From Kineococcus radiotolerans SRS30216 = ATCC BAA-149 (lineage in GTDB: Bacteria > Actinomycetota > Actinomycetes > Actinomycetales > Kineococcaceae), in contig NC_009664.2 in the NCBI RefSeq assembly GCF_000017305.1, positions 1,440,001 to 1,472,000 on the forward strand: a DNA stretch of 32,000 nucleotides, given 5' to 3'. The notes under the pieces are model-generated. The model had not been told where the DNA came from, searched no databases, and was given only the letters and a program-made list of their open reading frames with translations. Both the position numbers and the translations under genes were made by a program. How positions within the stretch are numbered: position 1 is the first letter of the stretch; each line of letters starts with the position of its first letter. Of the stretch, positions 5,694 through 13,796 are shown in pieces.

Positions 5694-6455
5694 GCGCTCA
5701 TGACGCCTCATTGAGTCGGCATCCTGCGGTGGTGGGGTCGAGACCGGCGCGCCAGCGCCGCAGCTCGGCCCCACCACCGCAGTCTTGAAGGGGTTCCAGA
5801 AGACGCACAGCTCGCGTCCGACCGTTGTGATGCCTTCGGTGGCGTTGCCCGGTGGCAACCCGGCTCGCTTGGCCGTCGCGTGCAACTCGCTGCGGTCGTA
5901 GACGTCCTCAACGACGTACGCGCCATCGGCAGGTACCGGCGCCATGTCGCGCGACTCATCAGCCCCGGAGAGCTGCAGGCGCTGCAGGAAGTGTTTGAGC
6001 GCAGGCGGCTCGCGCATCGTCCGGCACAGCACGTCGATGGCGGACGTGCGGAAGGACGGGTCGTCACGCATCAGGTCGTAGACGTCCGGATGCAGGCCTC
6101 CTCGCAAGTCACCCTTCTTGACGGCGTCACGTGGCCTGCCGGGGGGAAGGGGCTGCCCCTGCAGCTCCCACCACGACGTCGCACGAAGAGCTGCCCAGGG
6201 CAGAGCCGGATCCGGCTGCGTGCTTGCGACCGCGAAGGGACGCAGCAGGCTCTGCAGCTCCGGTGCCGCCGCCGAGTAGCTCTCGAGGCGCGGCAACGCT
6301 TTCACCGCGCGGCTGATCGCTCGCAGCAGGACGACCTGCTGGTATACGGCCGCCACCCCGGTCTGGCGGTCGACGCGGAGGTCGCGCAGCTCAGAGAGGA
6401 GTCTTGCTTGCTTCGAGTGCTCCGCGGCCATGATCCTTTTGTAGCTGAAAGCCAC
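5649..6455 (-). CDS. SBD-like/winged-helix DNA-reader module protein related to the N-termini of ScoMcrA-type HNH restriction enzymes; apparently truncated (no nuclease domain)
   Basis: The N-terminal ~165 aa follow the pattern I recall for this family: L..LR..r..G....(H)KPlLLL.Ai.RA...l.r....a..eL..LL..f.......p..P(F/W)aaLr.d..WeL ... g.L.pdv..l...dP.l...a...L. Observed here: VYQQVVLLRAISRAV, LPWAALRATSWWEL, GGLHPDVYDLMRDDPSFRTSAIDVL. Protein-like sequence ends near FWNPFK (about nt 5785). The remaining ORF runs through the hairpin into the low-GC cassette and overlaps the convergent gene by 45 bp. Confidence 0.5.
   Translation of the reverse strand: MAFSYKRIMAAEHSKQARLLSELRDLRVDRQTGVAAVYQQVVLLRAISRAVKALPRLESYSAAAPELQSLLRPFAVASTQPDPALPWAALRATSWWELQGQPLPPGRPRDAVKKGDLRGGLHPDVYDLMRDDPSFRTSAIDVLCRTMREPPALKHFLQRLQLSGADESRDMAPVPADGAYVVEDVYDRSELHATAKRAGLPPGNATEGITTVGRELCVFWNPFKTAVVGPSCGAGAPVSTPPPQDADSMRRHERLLLVFMVREVSPSV
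5724..5782. terminator. long hairpin (14-bp perfect inverted repeat) just downstream of the DGQHR-type gene
   Basis: ctgcggtggtgggg (5724-5737) and ccccaccaccgcag (5769-5782) are exact reverse complements. The 31-nt spacer contains ggcgcgcc. The hairpin starts 31 nt after the TAG at 5691-5693. Confidence 0.4.
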
Positions 6456-6501
6456 GACATCGATCCCCCCATGAGAGCAGCGCGGGCGGGGCGTCGACGG
6501 G

Positions 6502-6524
6502 CGTTGCCGTCAACCGTTGCCGTC
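6502..6524 (+). repeat. two direct copies of GTTGCCGTCA (candidate arm-type sites, tRNA-proximal end of islet)
   Basis: gttgccgtca at 6502-6511 and 6515-6524, 49-72 bp from the att core at 6573. Confidence 0.4.
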
Positions 6525-6572
6525 AGAGGGAGTGCGGTACAAGATCACGCGACATCGTCGCAGGTCAGGAGG

Positions 6573-6615
6573 GTGGGCCCCCAGGGGATCGAACCCTGAA
6601 CCCGCGGATTAAAAG
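6573..6615 (-). repeat. tRNA-proximal att repeat (within tRNA-Lys)
   Basis: Identical to 3057-3099. It spans from the anticodon loop (cttttaatc) to one base past the discriminator. Confidence 0.9.
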
Positions 6616-6646
6616 TCCGCTGCTCTGCCGATTGAGCTAGAGGCCC
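6574..6646 (-). tRNA. tRNA-Lys (anticodon UUU)
   Basis: The reverse complement GGGCCTCTAGCTCAATCGGCAGAGCAGCGGACTTTTAATCCGCGGGTTCAGGGTTCGATCCCCTGGGGGCCCA folds as a 73-nt cloverleaf. It has a 7-bp acceptor stem with one G-U pair, anticodon loop CT-TTT-AA, and T-arm GGTTCGATCC. CCA is not encoded (CCC follows). Confidence 0.95.
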
Positions 6647-6713
6647 CGGACCCGTGGGGGTCCGGGGCCATCATCGCAGACTGCCCCGTCGGGGCTCCAC
6701 CGACCGAGGCGCC

Positions 6714-8150
6714 TCAGGAGTCGAGGTTGGCCATGACGTGCTTGACGCGGGTGTAGTCCTCGAAGCCGTACATGGACAGGTCCTTGCCGTAGCCGGACTG
6801 CTTGAAGCCGCCGTGGGGCATCTCGGCGACGAGGGGGATGTGGGTGTTGATCCAGACGCAGCCGAAGTCGAGGGCGGCGGAGACGCGCATGGCGCGGCCG
6901 AAGTCCTTGGTCCAGACGCTGGAGGCGAGGCCGTACTTGGTGCCGTTGGCCCAGCGGACCGCTTCGTCCTCGTCGGTGAAGCGCTGGACGGTGATGACGG
7001 GGCCGAAGATCTCCTCCTGGACGGCTTCGTCGTCCTGGCGCAGCCCGGACACGACGGTCGGCTCGTAGTAGAAGCCCGAGGCGAGCTGCCCCGCCGAGCG
7101 GGAGCCGCCGGCGCCGAGGACGGCGTGGTCGGGGAGGCGGTCGACGAAGCCGGAGACGTGGGCGAGCTGGTTGACGTTGTTCACGGGACCCAGGGCGGCG
7201 TCGTCGTCGTCGGGGAGGCCGACCTTGGTGGCGCGGGCCTGCTCGGAGAGGGCGGCGACGAAGTCGTCGTGCAGGCGGGGAGCGACGAGGACGCGGGTGG
7301 CGGCGGTGCAGTCCTGGCCGGCGTTGAAGTACCCGGCGCCGGCGATGGCTTCCGCCGCGGCGGCGACGTCGGCGTCGTCGAAGACGACGACGGGCGCCTT
7401 GCCGCCCAGTTCCAGGTGCACGCGCTTCACGTCCTTGGCCGCGGACCCCGCGACCTGCATCCCGGCGCGGATGGAGCCGGTGATGGCGACGAGCTGGGGG
7501 GTGGGGTGCTCCACCAGCGCCCGGCCCGTGCCGCGGTCGCCGCACACCACGTTCAGGACCCCGGGGGGCAGGACCTCGTTGGCGACCTGCGCGAGCAGCA
7601 CCGTGGAGGCGGGGGTGGTGTCGGAGGGCTTGAGGACGATCGTGTTCCCGGCGGCGAGCGCGGGGCCGATCTTCCAGATCGCCATCATGAACGGGTAGTT
7701 CCACGGCGTGACCTGCCCGACGACCCCGATGGGTTCGCGGCGCACCCAGGAGGTGTGCCCGGCGAGGTACTCCCCCGCCGCGCGTCCCTCCAGGACGCGC
7801 GCGGCGCCGGCGAAGAAGCGGAGCTGGTCCACCGCGGGGGGCAGTTCCTCGCTGCGGGTCAAGCCGACGGGTTTGCCGGTGTTCTCCACCTCGGCGGCGA
7901 TGAACTCCTCGGCGCGGTCCTCGACGGCGTCAGCGAGGTCGAGGAGGAACTTCTGCCGGTCCGCGGGGGTGGTGCGCCGCCAGGAGGTGAAGGCGTCGGA
8001 GGCGGCGGTGTAGGCGGCGTCGACGTCGGCGGCGGAGGACACGGGGGCGGTGGCGTAGACCTGGCCGGTGGCGGGGTTCACGACCTCGCTGGTGGCCCCG
8101 TCGGCCGCGTCCCGCGACGCACCGGCGATGACGTTCTGGAACTGCTTCAC
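6714..8150 (-). CDS. aldehyde dehydrogenase, gamma-aminobutyraldehyde dehydrogenase-like
   Basis: 478 aa. ALDH motifs [15 protein letters not shown] (catalytic Glu), [11 protein letters not shown] (catalytic Cys) and EEIFGPV. GTG start at 8150 overlaps the upstream TGA (GTGA). Confidence 0.9.
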   Translation of the reverse strand: MKQFQNVIAGASRDAADGATSEVVNPATGQVYATAPVSSAADVDAAYTAASDAFTSWRRTTPADRQKFLLDLADAVEDRAEEFIAAEVENTGKPVGLTRSEELPPAVDQLRFFAGAARVLEGRAAGEYLAGHTSWVRREPIGVVGQVTPWNYPFMMAIWKIGPALAAGNTIVLKPSDTTPASTVLLAQVANEVLPPGVLNVVCGDRGTGRALVEHPTPQLVAITGSIRAGMQVAGSAAKDVKRVHLELGGKAPVVVFDDADVAAAAEAIAGAGYFNAGQDCTAATRVLVAPRLHDDFVAALSEQARATKVGLPDDDDAALGPVNNVNQLAHVSGFVDRLPDHAVLGAGGSRSAGQLASGFYYEPTVVSGLRQDDEAVQEEIFGPVITVQRFTDEDEAVRWANGTKYGLASSVWTKDFGRAMRVSAALDFGCVWINTHIPLVAEMPHGGFKQSGYGKDLSMYGFEDYTRVKHVMANLDS

Positions 8151-9682
8151 GGCGTGACTTCTCCTTCGAGCTCGACGGACGTGGTGCGGCCGCGGGCGAT
8201 GGTCTCGCCCCGGAAGAACCCGGGGCGGGCCCGGTACTGGAACAGCATCACGACGACCCCCAGGGCCAGGACCCCCACCCCGAGCAGGAACACCAGCCCG
8301 ATGCCGAAGAGCTGCGAACCCGACCCGTACTCGGGGTCGGTGGAGTCGACGGCGGTCTGCACGAAGAACACCAGCAGCAGGACGCCCCCGACCAGGGGCG
8401 CGAGGCAGCGGGACAGGAACGTCTTGACGTCCCCGCCCCAGCTGCCGCGGAAGTACCAGACGCAGGCGAGCGCGGTGATGCCGTAGTAGAAGCAGATCAT
8501 CATGCCGAGGGCGGAGATGGTGTCCCACAGCACGTCCTCGGACACGACGCGCATGCCGGCGTAGAAGGCGGAGGCGATGACGCCGGCCACGACGGTGGCG
8601 TACCCCGGCGACTGGAACCGGCGGCTGACCTTCGCGTACCGCGGCGGGAGCGCCCCGTAGTGGCCCATGGCGAGCATGGTGCGGGTCGGGGAGATGAACG
8701 TCGACTGCAGCGACGCGGCGGAGGAGGCGAGCACCGACAGCGACATGAGGACGGCGACGGGTCCCATGACCGGGCCGGCGAGGGCCACGAAGATGTTCTC
8801 CTGGATGTCGGCGTTGCCCAGGCCGAGGCCGGTGTCGCCGGTGCCGGAGTAGGACAGGACGGCGAGCGCGATCGTCAGGTAGAGGACGACGATGGCGACG
8901 ATGGTCCCCACGGCCGCCTTCCCGGGGGTGGTGCGGGCCCCGGAGGTCTCCTCGTTCATGGTGAGGACGACGTCCCAGCCCCAGTAGATGAACACGGACA
9001 GGGAGATGCCGGCGGCGAAGGCGGAGAAGGACTCCACCCCGAGGGGGTTGAACCACTGCGGGTCGACGGCCAGGCCGGCGGGGGCGCTGCCGTCGGCGGT
9101 GTGGACGAACGCGGCGATCGCGAACCACAGCAGCACGACGACCTGGAAGGCGACGAGGACGTACTGGACGACCTTGGTGGCCTCCATGCCGCGGTAGGAG
9201 ATCCAGCAGGCCAGGGCCATGAACACCAGGCACGTCGTGACGTTGACGACGACGTTCGTGGTGAGGTCGGCGATGGATTCGCGGCCGGTGAGCTGGGAGA
9301 GCATGAGGTAGAAGAAGTCGACGGCGACGCCGGCGAGGTTGGAGAGGACGAGGACGGTCGCGGCCAGCAGGCCCCAGCCGCCCATCCACCCGATCCAGGG
9401 CCCGAAGGCGCGCGAGCTCCAGGTGAACGTCGTGCCCGCGTCGGGCATGGCGCTGTTGAGGGCGCGGTAGCCCAGCGCGACGAGCAGCATGGGCACGAAC
9501 CCGACGAGGAAGATGGCGGGCAGGTGCTCCCCCACCTCCGAGGCCGTGGGGCCGAGGGCGCCGGTGAGGGTGTAGGCGGGGGCGATGGTGGAGATGCCGA
9601 TGACGATGGAGCCGAGCAGGCCGATCTGCCCCCGGGCGAGCCCCTTGGACTCCCGGGCCTGCTGCTCGGGCGCGGCGGTCAC
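8147..9682 (-). CDS. APC-family amino acid/polyamine permease
   Basis: 511 aa with about 12 hydrophobic helices ([16 protein letters not shown]..., [18 protein letters not shown]...). GTG 9682 overlaps the stop of the upstream gene. The upstream part of the 627-aa track ORF is Arg/Pro junk. Confidence 0.9.
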   Translation of the reverse strand: MTAAPEQQARESKGLARGQIGLLGSIVIGISTIAPAYTLTGALGPTASEVGEHLPAIFLVGFVPMLLVALGYRALNSAMPDAGTTFTWSSRAFGPWIGWMGGWGLLAATVLVLSNLAGVAVDFFYLMLSQLTGRESIADLTTNVVVNVTTCLVFMALACWISYRGMEATKVVQYVLVAFQVVVLLWFAIAAFVHTADGSAPAGLAVDPQWFNPLGVESFSAFAAGISLSVFIYWGWDVVLTMNEETSGARTTPGKAAVGTIVAIVVLYLTIALAVLSYSGTGDTGLGLGNADIQENIFVALAGPVMGPVAVLMSLSVLASSAASLQSTFISPTRTMLAMGHYGALPPRYAKVSRRFQSPGYATVVAGVIASAFYAGMRVVSEDVLWDTISALGMMICFYYGITALACVWYFRGSWGGDVKTFLSRCLAPLVGGVLLLVFFVQTAVDSTDPEYGSGSQLFGIGLVFLLGVGVLALGVVVMLFQYRARPGFFRGETIARGRTTSVELEGEVTP

Positions 9683-10527
9683 GACAGGCCCCGCGGCACG
9701 ACGACGACGGGGACGGGCACGTGCCGCAGCATGCGGGCCGCGGTCGGCCCGAGGAACGTCTGCCGGCCCTGGGCGAGTCGTGACGACCCGAGGAGCAGCA
9801 GGCCCTCGGGGGCCCAGTCGATGGAGTCCACTGCCTCTGCCATGGTGCGTCCTCGTCCCATCTCCACGGTGACCTCCGCTGCACGGGAGCGGGTCCGGAC
9901 GTCCTCGACGAGGGCGTCGATGAGCCGGCGCACCTCGGCGACGGCGTCGCCGTCCACTCCCGCGTGCTCGTCGAGCTCGACGAGGCTGACGACGTGCAGG
10001 GGCAGACCGGTCCGGGCCGCCGCCTCCCACGCTTCCTCCAGCACGGCCGGCGCACCCGGGCGGGCGCCGACCGCGACGTACAGCTGATCGATCCGGGCCG
10101 GTGGTTCGCGCCGGGGCACCAGCACCACGGGCAGCGGTGCGGAGTGCAGCAGGGTGCGCGCGACCGGGCCGACCCCGAAGGGGATCGCTCCCCCGCCGGC
10201 CCCGACGACGACGGCGGCGGCGTCGAGCTCCGCGGCCGCGTCGAGGAGGCCCTCGGGCACGGACCCCGCGGTGCGGACGTGGGTCCGGACCGCGACGTCG
10301 CCGGGCAGGGCCGCGACGGCTTCGTCGAGCCAGCCCCGGGCCTGCTCGGCGATGACGCCGGTGACGTCGCCGACGGGCGGGTAGGGGCCGCCGAAGGGGT
10401 CGTCGGTGCGCACGACGACCACGACGTCGAGCTCGACGCCGAGGGAGCGGGCGAGGACGGCGCCCCAGCTGAGGGCGTCCCGCCCGCGGTCGCCGCCGTC
10501 GAAGGCGACGACGTAGCCGCCGCTCAC
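9679..10527 (-). CDS. tandem-domain universal stress protein (UspA family)
   Basis: 282 aa. Two USP-like halves each end in a G-x-x-G...S-containing segment followed by PV(V)VVP ([26 protein letters not shown]; LLLLGSSRL...[19 protein letters not shown]). Confidence 0.85.
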   Translation of the reverse strand: MSGGYVVAFDGGDRGRDALSWGAVLARSLGVELDVVVVVRTDDPFGGPYPPVGDVTGVIAEQARGWLDEAVAALPGDVAVRTHVRTAGSVPEGLLDAAAELDAAAVVVGAGGGAIPFGVGPVARTLLHSAPLPVVLVPRREPPARIDQLYVAVGARPGAPAVLEEAWEAAARTGLPLHVVSLVELDEHAGVDGDAVAEVRRLIDALVEDVRTRSRAAEVTVEMGRGRTMAEAVDSIDWAPEGLLLLGSSRLAQGRQTFLGPTAARMLRHVPVPVVVVPRGLS

Positions 10528-11915
10528 GCCGTGGCCCGGGTGAGGGCTCCGGCGACGTCGGCGGCGGCGTCGCGGCCGGAGCGGAGGGCTCCGTCGACGT
10601 GCTGGTAGCCCTCGGCGGCGAGGTCGGAGCAGGCCCAGTGGATGGGGCCGACGGGGGTGCGCTGGTCGGCGCCGTAGCGGGCGAGCCCGCCGAGGTCGAA
10701 GCTGGCGGCGTAGGCGCCGCGGGTCCACTCCTCGCTGGCCCAGTCGGACTCGTAGTAGACGTCCGGTTCGAGGGCGCGCTCGCCGAGGAACGCGGCGATG
10801 GAGGCGAGGACGCGCGCCTTGCGCTCCTCGGCGGGCAGGGCGAACACGGCGTCGGCCTTCTCGTCGGAGACGAAGGCGACGAGGGTGCCGCGGTCGTCGC
10901 CGTGGAAGGTGTTGTCGTAGACCTCCTGCACCAGCGTGGAGGTGCCGAACCCGGTGCCGGACAGCCCGTCCTCGCGCCAGAACGGCGTGGGGTAGACGGC
11001 GTGGACCTTGATGACCAGGCCCATGGAGAGGTGCTGGTGCATCTGGTGCTGGCGGCGCGGCAGGGGCGGGTCGTAGCTGATGCGGGAGAACAGCGGCGGC
11101 GGGACGGCGACGACGACGCGGCGGGCGCGGACGGTGACGCGGTCGGACTCGACGACCACGCCCTCCTCGCCGCCGTCGCCGAGGCGGCGGATCGTGCGGA
11201 CCGGGGTCGACAGGTGGACCCGGTCGCCGAGGTCGGCGGCGAGGCGCTCGGAGACGGACTGCATGCCGCCGACGACGCGGCGGTCGAGGATGAAGCACTC
11301 GTCGGTGAGGTTGGTGAACGACCCCGCCGAGGCGGCCATCAGCACGGCCTGCAGGGTGGAGAACGCGTGGGGGGGTTTCGTCAGCATGGCGCCGGCGATG
11401 AAGAGGGCGATGGTCGTGCACGCCTCCTCGTCGTCGGACTGCTGCCGCAGCCAGTGGTGGAAGGAGATCGTGTCGAGCTCCAGGGCGCGCGGGTGGGCCC
11501 AGGGCTCGCGGGCGCCGACGGAGGCCACGAGGTCGTCCATGAGCTCGGTGAGCCGGTGGATCTCCTTGGCCGTGGAGTCGGCGACGGGGAAGGTGTCGCC
11601 GCGGTAGCGGGTGCGGGTGCCGTCGGGGGCGATGTGGACGGAGTCGCCCTCGCGGTAGCGCTGGTACGTCTGCATCCCGAGCTCGTCGAGCAGGCCGAGG
11701 AGCTCGGTCTGGTCGGGCGAGATCCACTGGCCGCCGATCTCCAGGGGGACGCCGTCGTGCTCCTCGGTGTGGGTGCGGCCGCCCACGCGGTCGCGCGCTT
11801 CGAGGACGACGACGTCGTGGCCGGCGCGGGTGAGGTGGCGGGCGGTGTTGAGCCCCGCGGGTCCGGCCCCCACCACCACGACGTCTGCGGTCAGTTCGGT
11901 TCTTGCGGAGTGCAC
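10524..11915 (-). CDS. flavin-containing amine oxidase, putrescine oxidase-like
   Basis: 463 aa. FAD dinucleotide fold [12 protein letters not shown]...[11 protein letters not shown]. The pattern is typical of actinobacterial putrescine oxidases ([26 protein letters not shown]). GTG start with RBS gggagg. Confidence 0.9.
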   Translation of the reverse strand: MHSARTELTADVVVVGAGPAGLNTARHLTRAGHDVVVLEARDRVGGRTHTEEHDGVPLEIGGQWISPDQTELLGLLDELGMQTYQRYREGDSVHIAPDGTRTRYRGDTFPVADSTAKEIHRLTELMDDLVASVGAREPWAHPRALELDTISFHHWLRQQSDDEEACTTIALFIAGAMLTKPPHAFSTLQAVLMAASAGSFTNLTDECFILDRRVVGGMQSVSERLAADLGDRVHLSTPVRTIRRLGDGGEEGVVVESDRVTVRARRVVVAVPPPLFSRISYDPPLPRRQHQMHQHLSMGLVIKVHAVYPTPFWREDGLSGTGFGTSTLVQEVYDNTFHGDDRGTLVAFVSDEKADAVFALPAEERKARVLASIAAFLGERALEPDVYYESDWASEEWTRGAYAASFDLGGLARYGADQRTPVGPIHWACSDLAAEGYQHVDGALRSGRDAAADVAGALTRATA

Positions 11916-12016
11916 GGGACCTCCCGGGTCGTCGTCGGCCGAGCCACCACCTAAAGTGATTGGGCTTCATTAATGGCCCGTGCGCAGGTGCTGTCAAGGG
12001 TCCGGGAGGGATTCGC
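11916..12016. promoter_or_regulatory. divergent promoter/operator region between the amine-oxidase operon and a TetR gene
   Basis: The only AT-rich patch is ctaaagtgattgggcttcattaatgg (11951-11977). It contains the perfect 8-bp palindrome cattaatg (11968-11975). Confidence 0.35.
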
Positions 12017-12733
12017 GTGCGTCAGGATGAACCGGTGGCCCCCAGCCGGCAACCGTCACGGCCCGCCCCCCGCCGCCCGCGGGGCCGGCCCAGCAACCCG
12101 CTGCTCACCGTGGACGGCATCACCGCCGCCGCGGTGCGCCTCCTGGAGGAACGCGGCCAGGACGGGCTGACGATGGCCGCGCTGGCCCGGCGCCTCGACG
12201 TCGCCCCCTCCGCGCTCTACAACCACGTCGCGGACAAGCAGGACGTCCTGCGCGCGGTCCAGGACCACGTGAACGCGGGGATCGACTGCTCCGCGTTCGG
12301 CGTCCTGCCCTGGGACGAGGCGCTCGCCGCGTGGGCGCGCTCCTACCGCGACGCCTACGCCCGCCACCCGGCGCTGGTGCCGGTCATGGCGGTGACCCCG
12401 GTGCGCAGCGCCCCGCACACCGTGGCCATGTACGAGCGGGTCAGCGCGGGCCTCACCGCCGCGGGCTGGCCCGGGCACCTGGTGACCAACGTCGTCGTCG
12501 CCGTGGAGTCCTTCGTGCTCGGCTCGGCGCTGGACACCCAGGCGCCCGAGGACATCTTCGACCCCGGTGACCTCGCCGCGGCCGCGCCCGCCTTCGACGC
12601 CGCCAACCGCGCCCGCCCCGGCGGGGACACCGCGCTGGCGGCGTTCGAGGTGGGGCTGCAGGCGCTGCTGACCGGGCTCCGCGTCCTGCGGGCACCCGGT
12701 AGCGTGCCCGGCGAGGAGAGGAGGACGCCGTGA
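12017..12733 (+). CDS. TetR/AcrR-family transcriptional regulator
   Basis: HTH segment LTMAALARRLDVAPSALYNHV. GTG 12017 with RBS gggagg 7 nt upstream is preferred over the TTG at 11960 (same frame). The stop overlaps the next gene (GTGA). Confidence 0.8.
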   Translation: MRQDEPVAPSRQPSRPAPRRPRGRPSNPLLTVDGITAAAVRLLEERGQDGLTMAALARRLDVAPSALYNHVADKQDVLRAVQDHVNAGIDCSAFGVLPWDEALAAWARSYRDAYARHPALVPVMAVTPVRSAPHTVAMYERVSAGLTAAGWPGHLVTNVVVAVESFVLGSALDTQAPEDIFDPGDLAAAAPAFDAANRARPGGDTALAAFEVGLQALLTGLRVLRAPGSVPGEERRTP

Positions 12734-13773
12734 AGGCTGTGACCGTCCACGCCCCCGGGGACCTGCGCGTCGAGGAGGTCGACGCACCGGAACCCGCCCC
12801 CGGCGAGGTGCTCGTCCGGATCGTCTACGGCGGCATCTGCGGCTCGGACCTGCACTACGCCGCCGACGGCCGCAACGGGGCCTACGTCGTCACCGAACCC
12901 CTGGTGCTCGGGCACGAGGTCGTCGGGGTCGTCGAGCGCGCCGGCCCGGACACCCCCGCGGCCCCGCCCGCGGGCACCCGGGTCGCCGTCCACCCCGCGA
13001 CCCCCTGCGCCCCCGCCGGCGCCGCGGCCCCCACCGGGTTGCACCTGCGCCCGGGCGGGACGTACCTCGGCAGCGCCTCCACCCACCCGCACACCCAGGG
13101 CGGGTTCACCGGTCTGCTCGCCGTCGGGGTGGAGCGGCTGCGGGAACTGCCCGCCGCCCTGCCGCTGCGGCGCGCGGTCCTCGCCGAACCCCTCGCGGTG
13201 GCCCTGCACGCGGTCGGGCGGCTGGAGGGGCGCGTCGCCGGGGCGCGGGTCCTGGTCAGCGGCGCCGGGCCCATCGGGGTGCTGGCCGTGGCCGCGCTGA
13301 AGCGGGCGGGCGCGGCGCACGTCACCGCCGCCGACCTCCAGGAACTGCCGCTGCGGGTCGCCACGGCCGTCGGCGCCGACGAGGTCGTCGACCTCTCGCG
13401 CGGCGGGTCGCTGCCCGAGGCCGGGTTCGACGTCGTCGTGGAGGCGGCCGGGGTCGTCCCGTCGCTGCTGGCGGCGATCCGCGCGGTGCGCCCGGGGGGT
13501 TCGATCCTGCAGCTCGGCATCCTGCCCGCCGGTCCGCAGCCCGTCCCGGTCGGTGAGCTGCTGTCCAAGGAGGTCGCGCTGTTCGGGACCCAGCGCTTCG
13601 ACACCGAGCTGGACGCCGCCGTGGAACTGCTCGCCGCCGACGACTCCCTCGACGCCGTCGTCACCGACGTGTTCGGGATCGAGGACGCCGCCGCGGCCTT
13701 CGCCCGGGCCCGGGACTCCGCGAACTCCTCCAAGACCGTCCTGCGGATCACCCCGGACCCCGACGACGCCTGA
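12730..13773 (+). CDS. zinc-binding MDR dehydrogenase (L-idonate 5-dehydrogenase/sorbitol dehydrogenase-like)
   Basis: 347 aa. YGGICGSDLHY, GHEVVGVV and Rossmann segment VLVSGAGPIGVL. Confidence 0.85.
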   Translation: MKAVTVHAPGDLRVEEVDAPEPAPGEVLVRIVYGGICGSDLHYAADGRNGAYVVTEPLVLGHEVVGVVERAGPDTPAAPPAGTRVAVHPATPCAPAGAAAPTGLHLRPGGTYLGSASTHPHTQGGFTGLLAVGVERLRELPAALPLRRAVLAEPLAVALHAVGRLEGRVAGARVLVSGAGPIGVLAVAALKRAGAAHVTAADLQELPLRVATAVGADEVVDLSRGGSLPEAGFDVVVEAAGVVPSLLAAIRAVRPGGSILQLGILPAGPQPVPVGELLSKEVALFGTQRFDTELDAAVELLAADDSLDAVVTDVFGIEDAAAAFARARDSANSSKTVLRITPDPDDA

Positions 13774-13796
13774 TCCCCCTCGGCCCCCGCCCCGCG

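Larger units (their letters stand above)
3057..6615. mobile_element. integrase-less genomic islet integrated at the 3' half of tRNA-Lys(UUU)
   Basis: Perfect 43-bp direct repeats sit at both ends, one of them inside the intact tRNA. The interior contains the only low-GC genes of the window. Repeated GYTGCCGTC motifs cluster near both ends. Confidence 0.7.

Noticed and set aside
6654-8486. 610-aa plus-strand ORF, with similar long antisense or off-frame ORFs at 288-1625, 6637-7704, 8660-10087, 10599-11954, 14052-15689, 15734-17581, 16197-17531, 17233-18417, 17523-19403 (5' part), 19258-20793, 19473-21125, 20968-23466 (5' part), 26009-27763, 26122-28020, 27955-29067, 28805-30082, 28978-31323 (5' part), 30112-31269, 30249-31745 and 30524-31546
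   Set aside because: Their Gly/Arg/Pro/Ala-dominated, low-complexity translations are typical of stop-codon-poor non-coding frames in high-GC DNA. Each overlaps a gene on another frame or strand that has clear family motifs and near-saturated GC3.
6714-10055. 1113-aa ORF in the track that would fuse the aldehyde dehydrogenase to a huge Arg/Pro-rich N-terminus
   Set aside because: Only the last 478 codons look like protein (ALDH motifs). The upstream part is the out-of-frame shadow of the permease and USP genes. A GTG at 8150 overlaps the permease stop.
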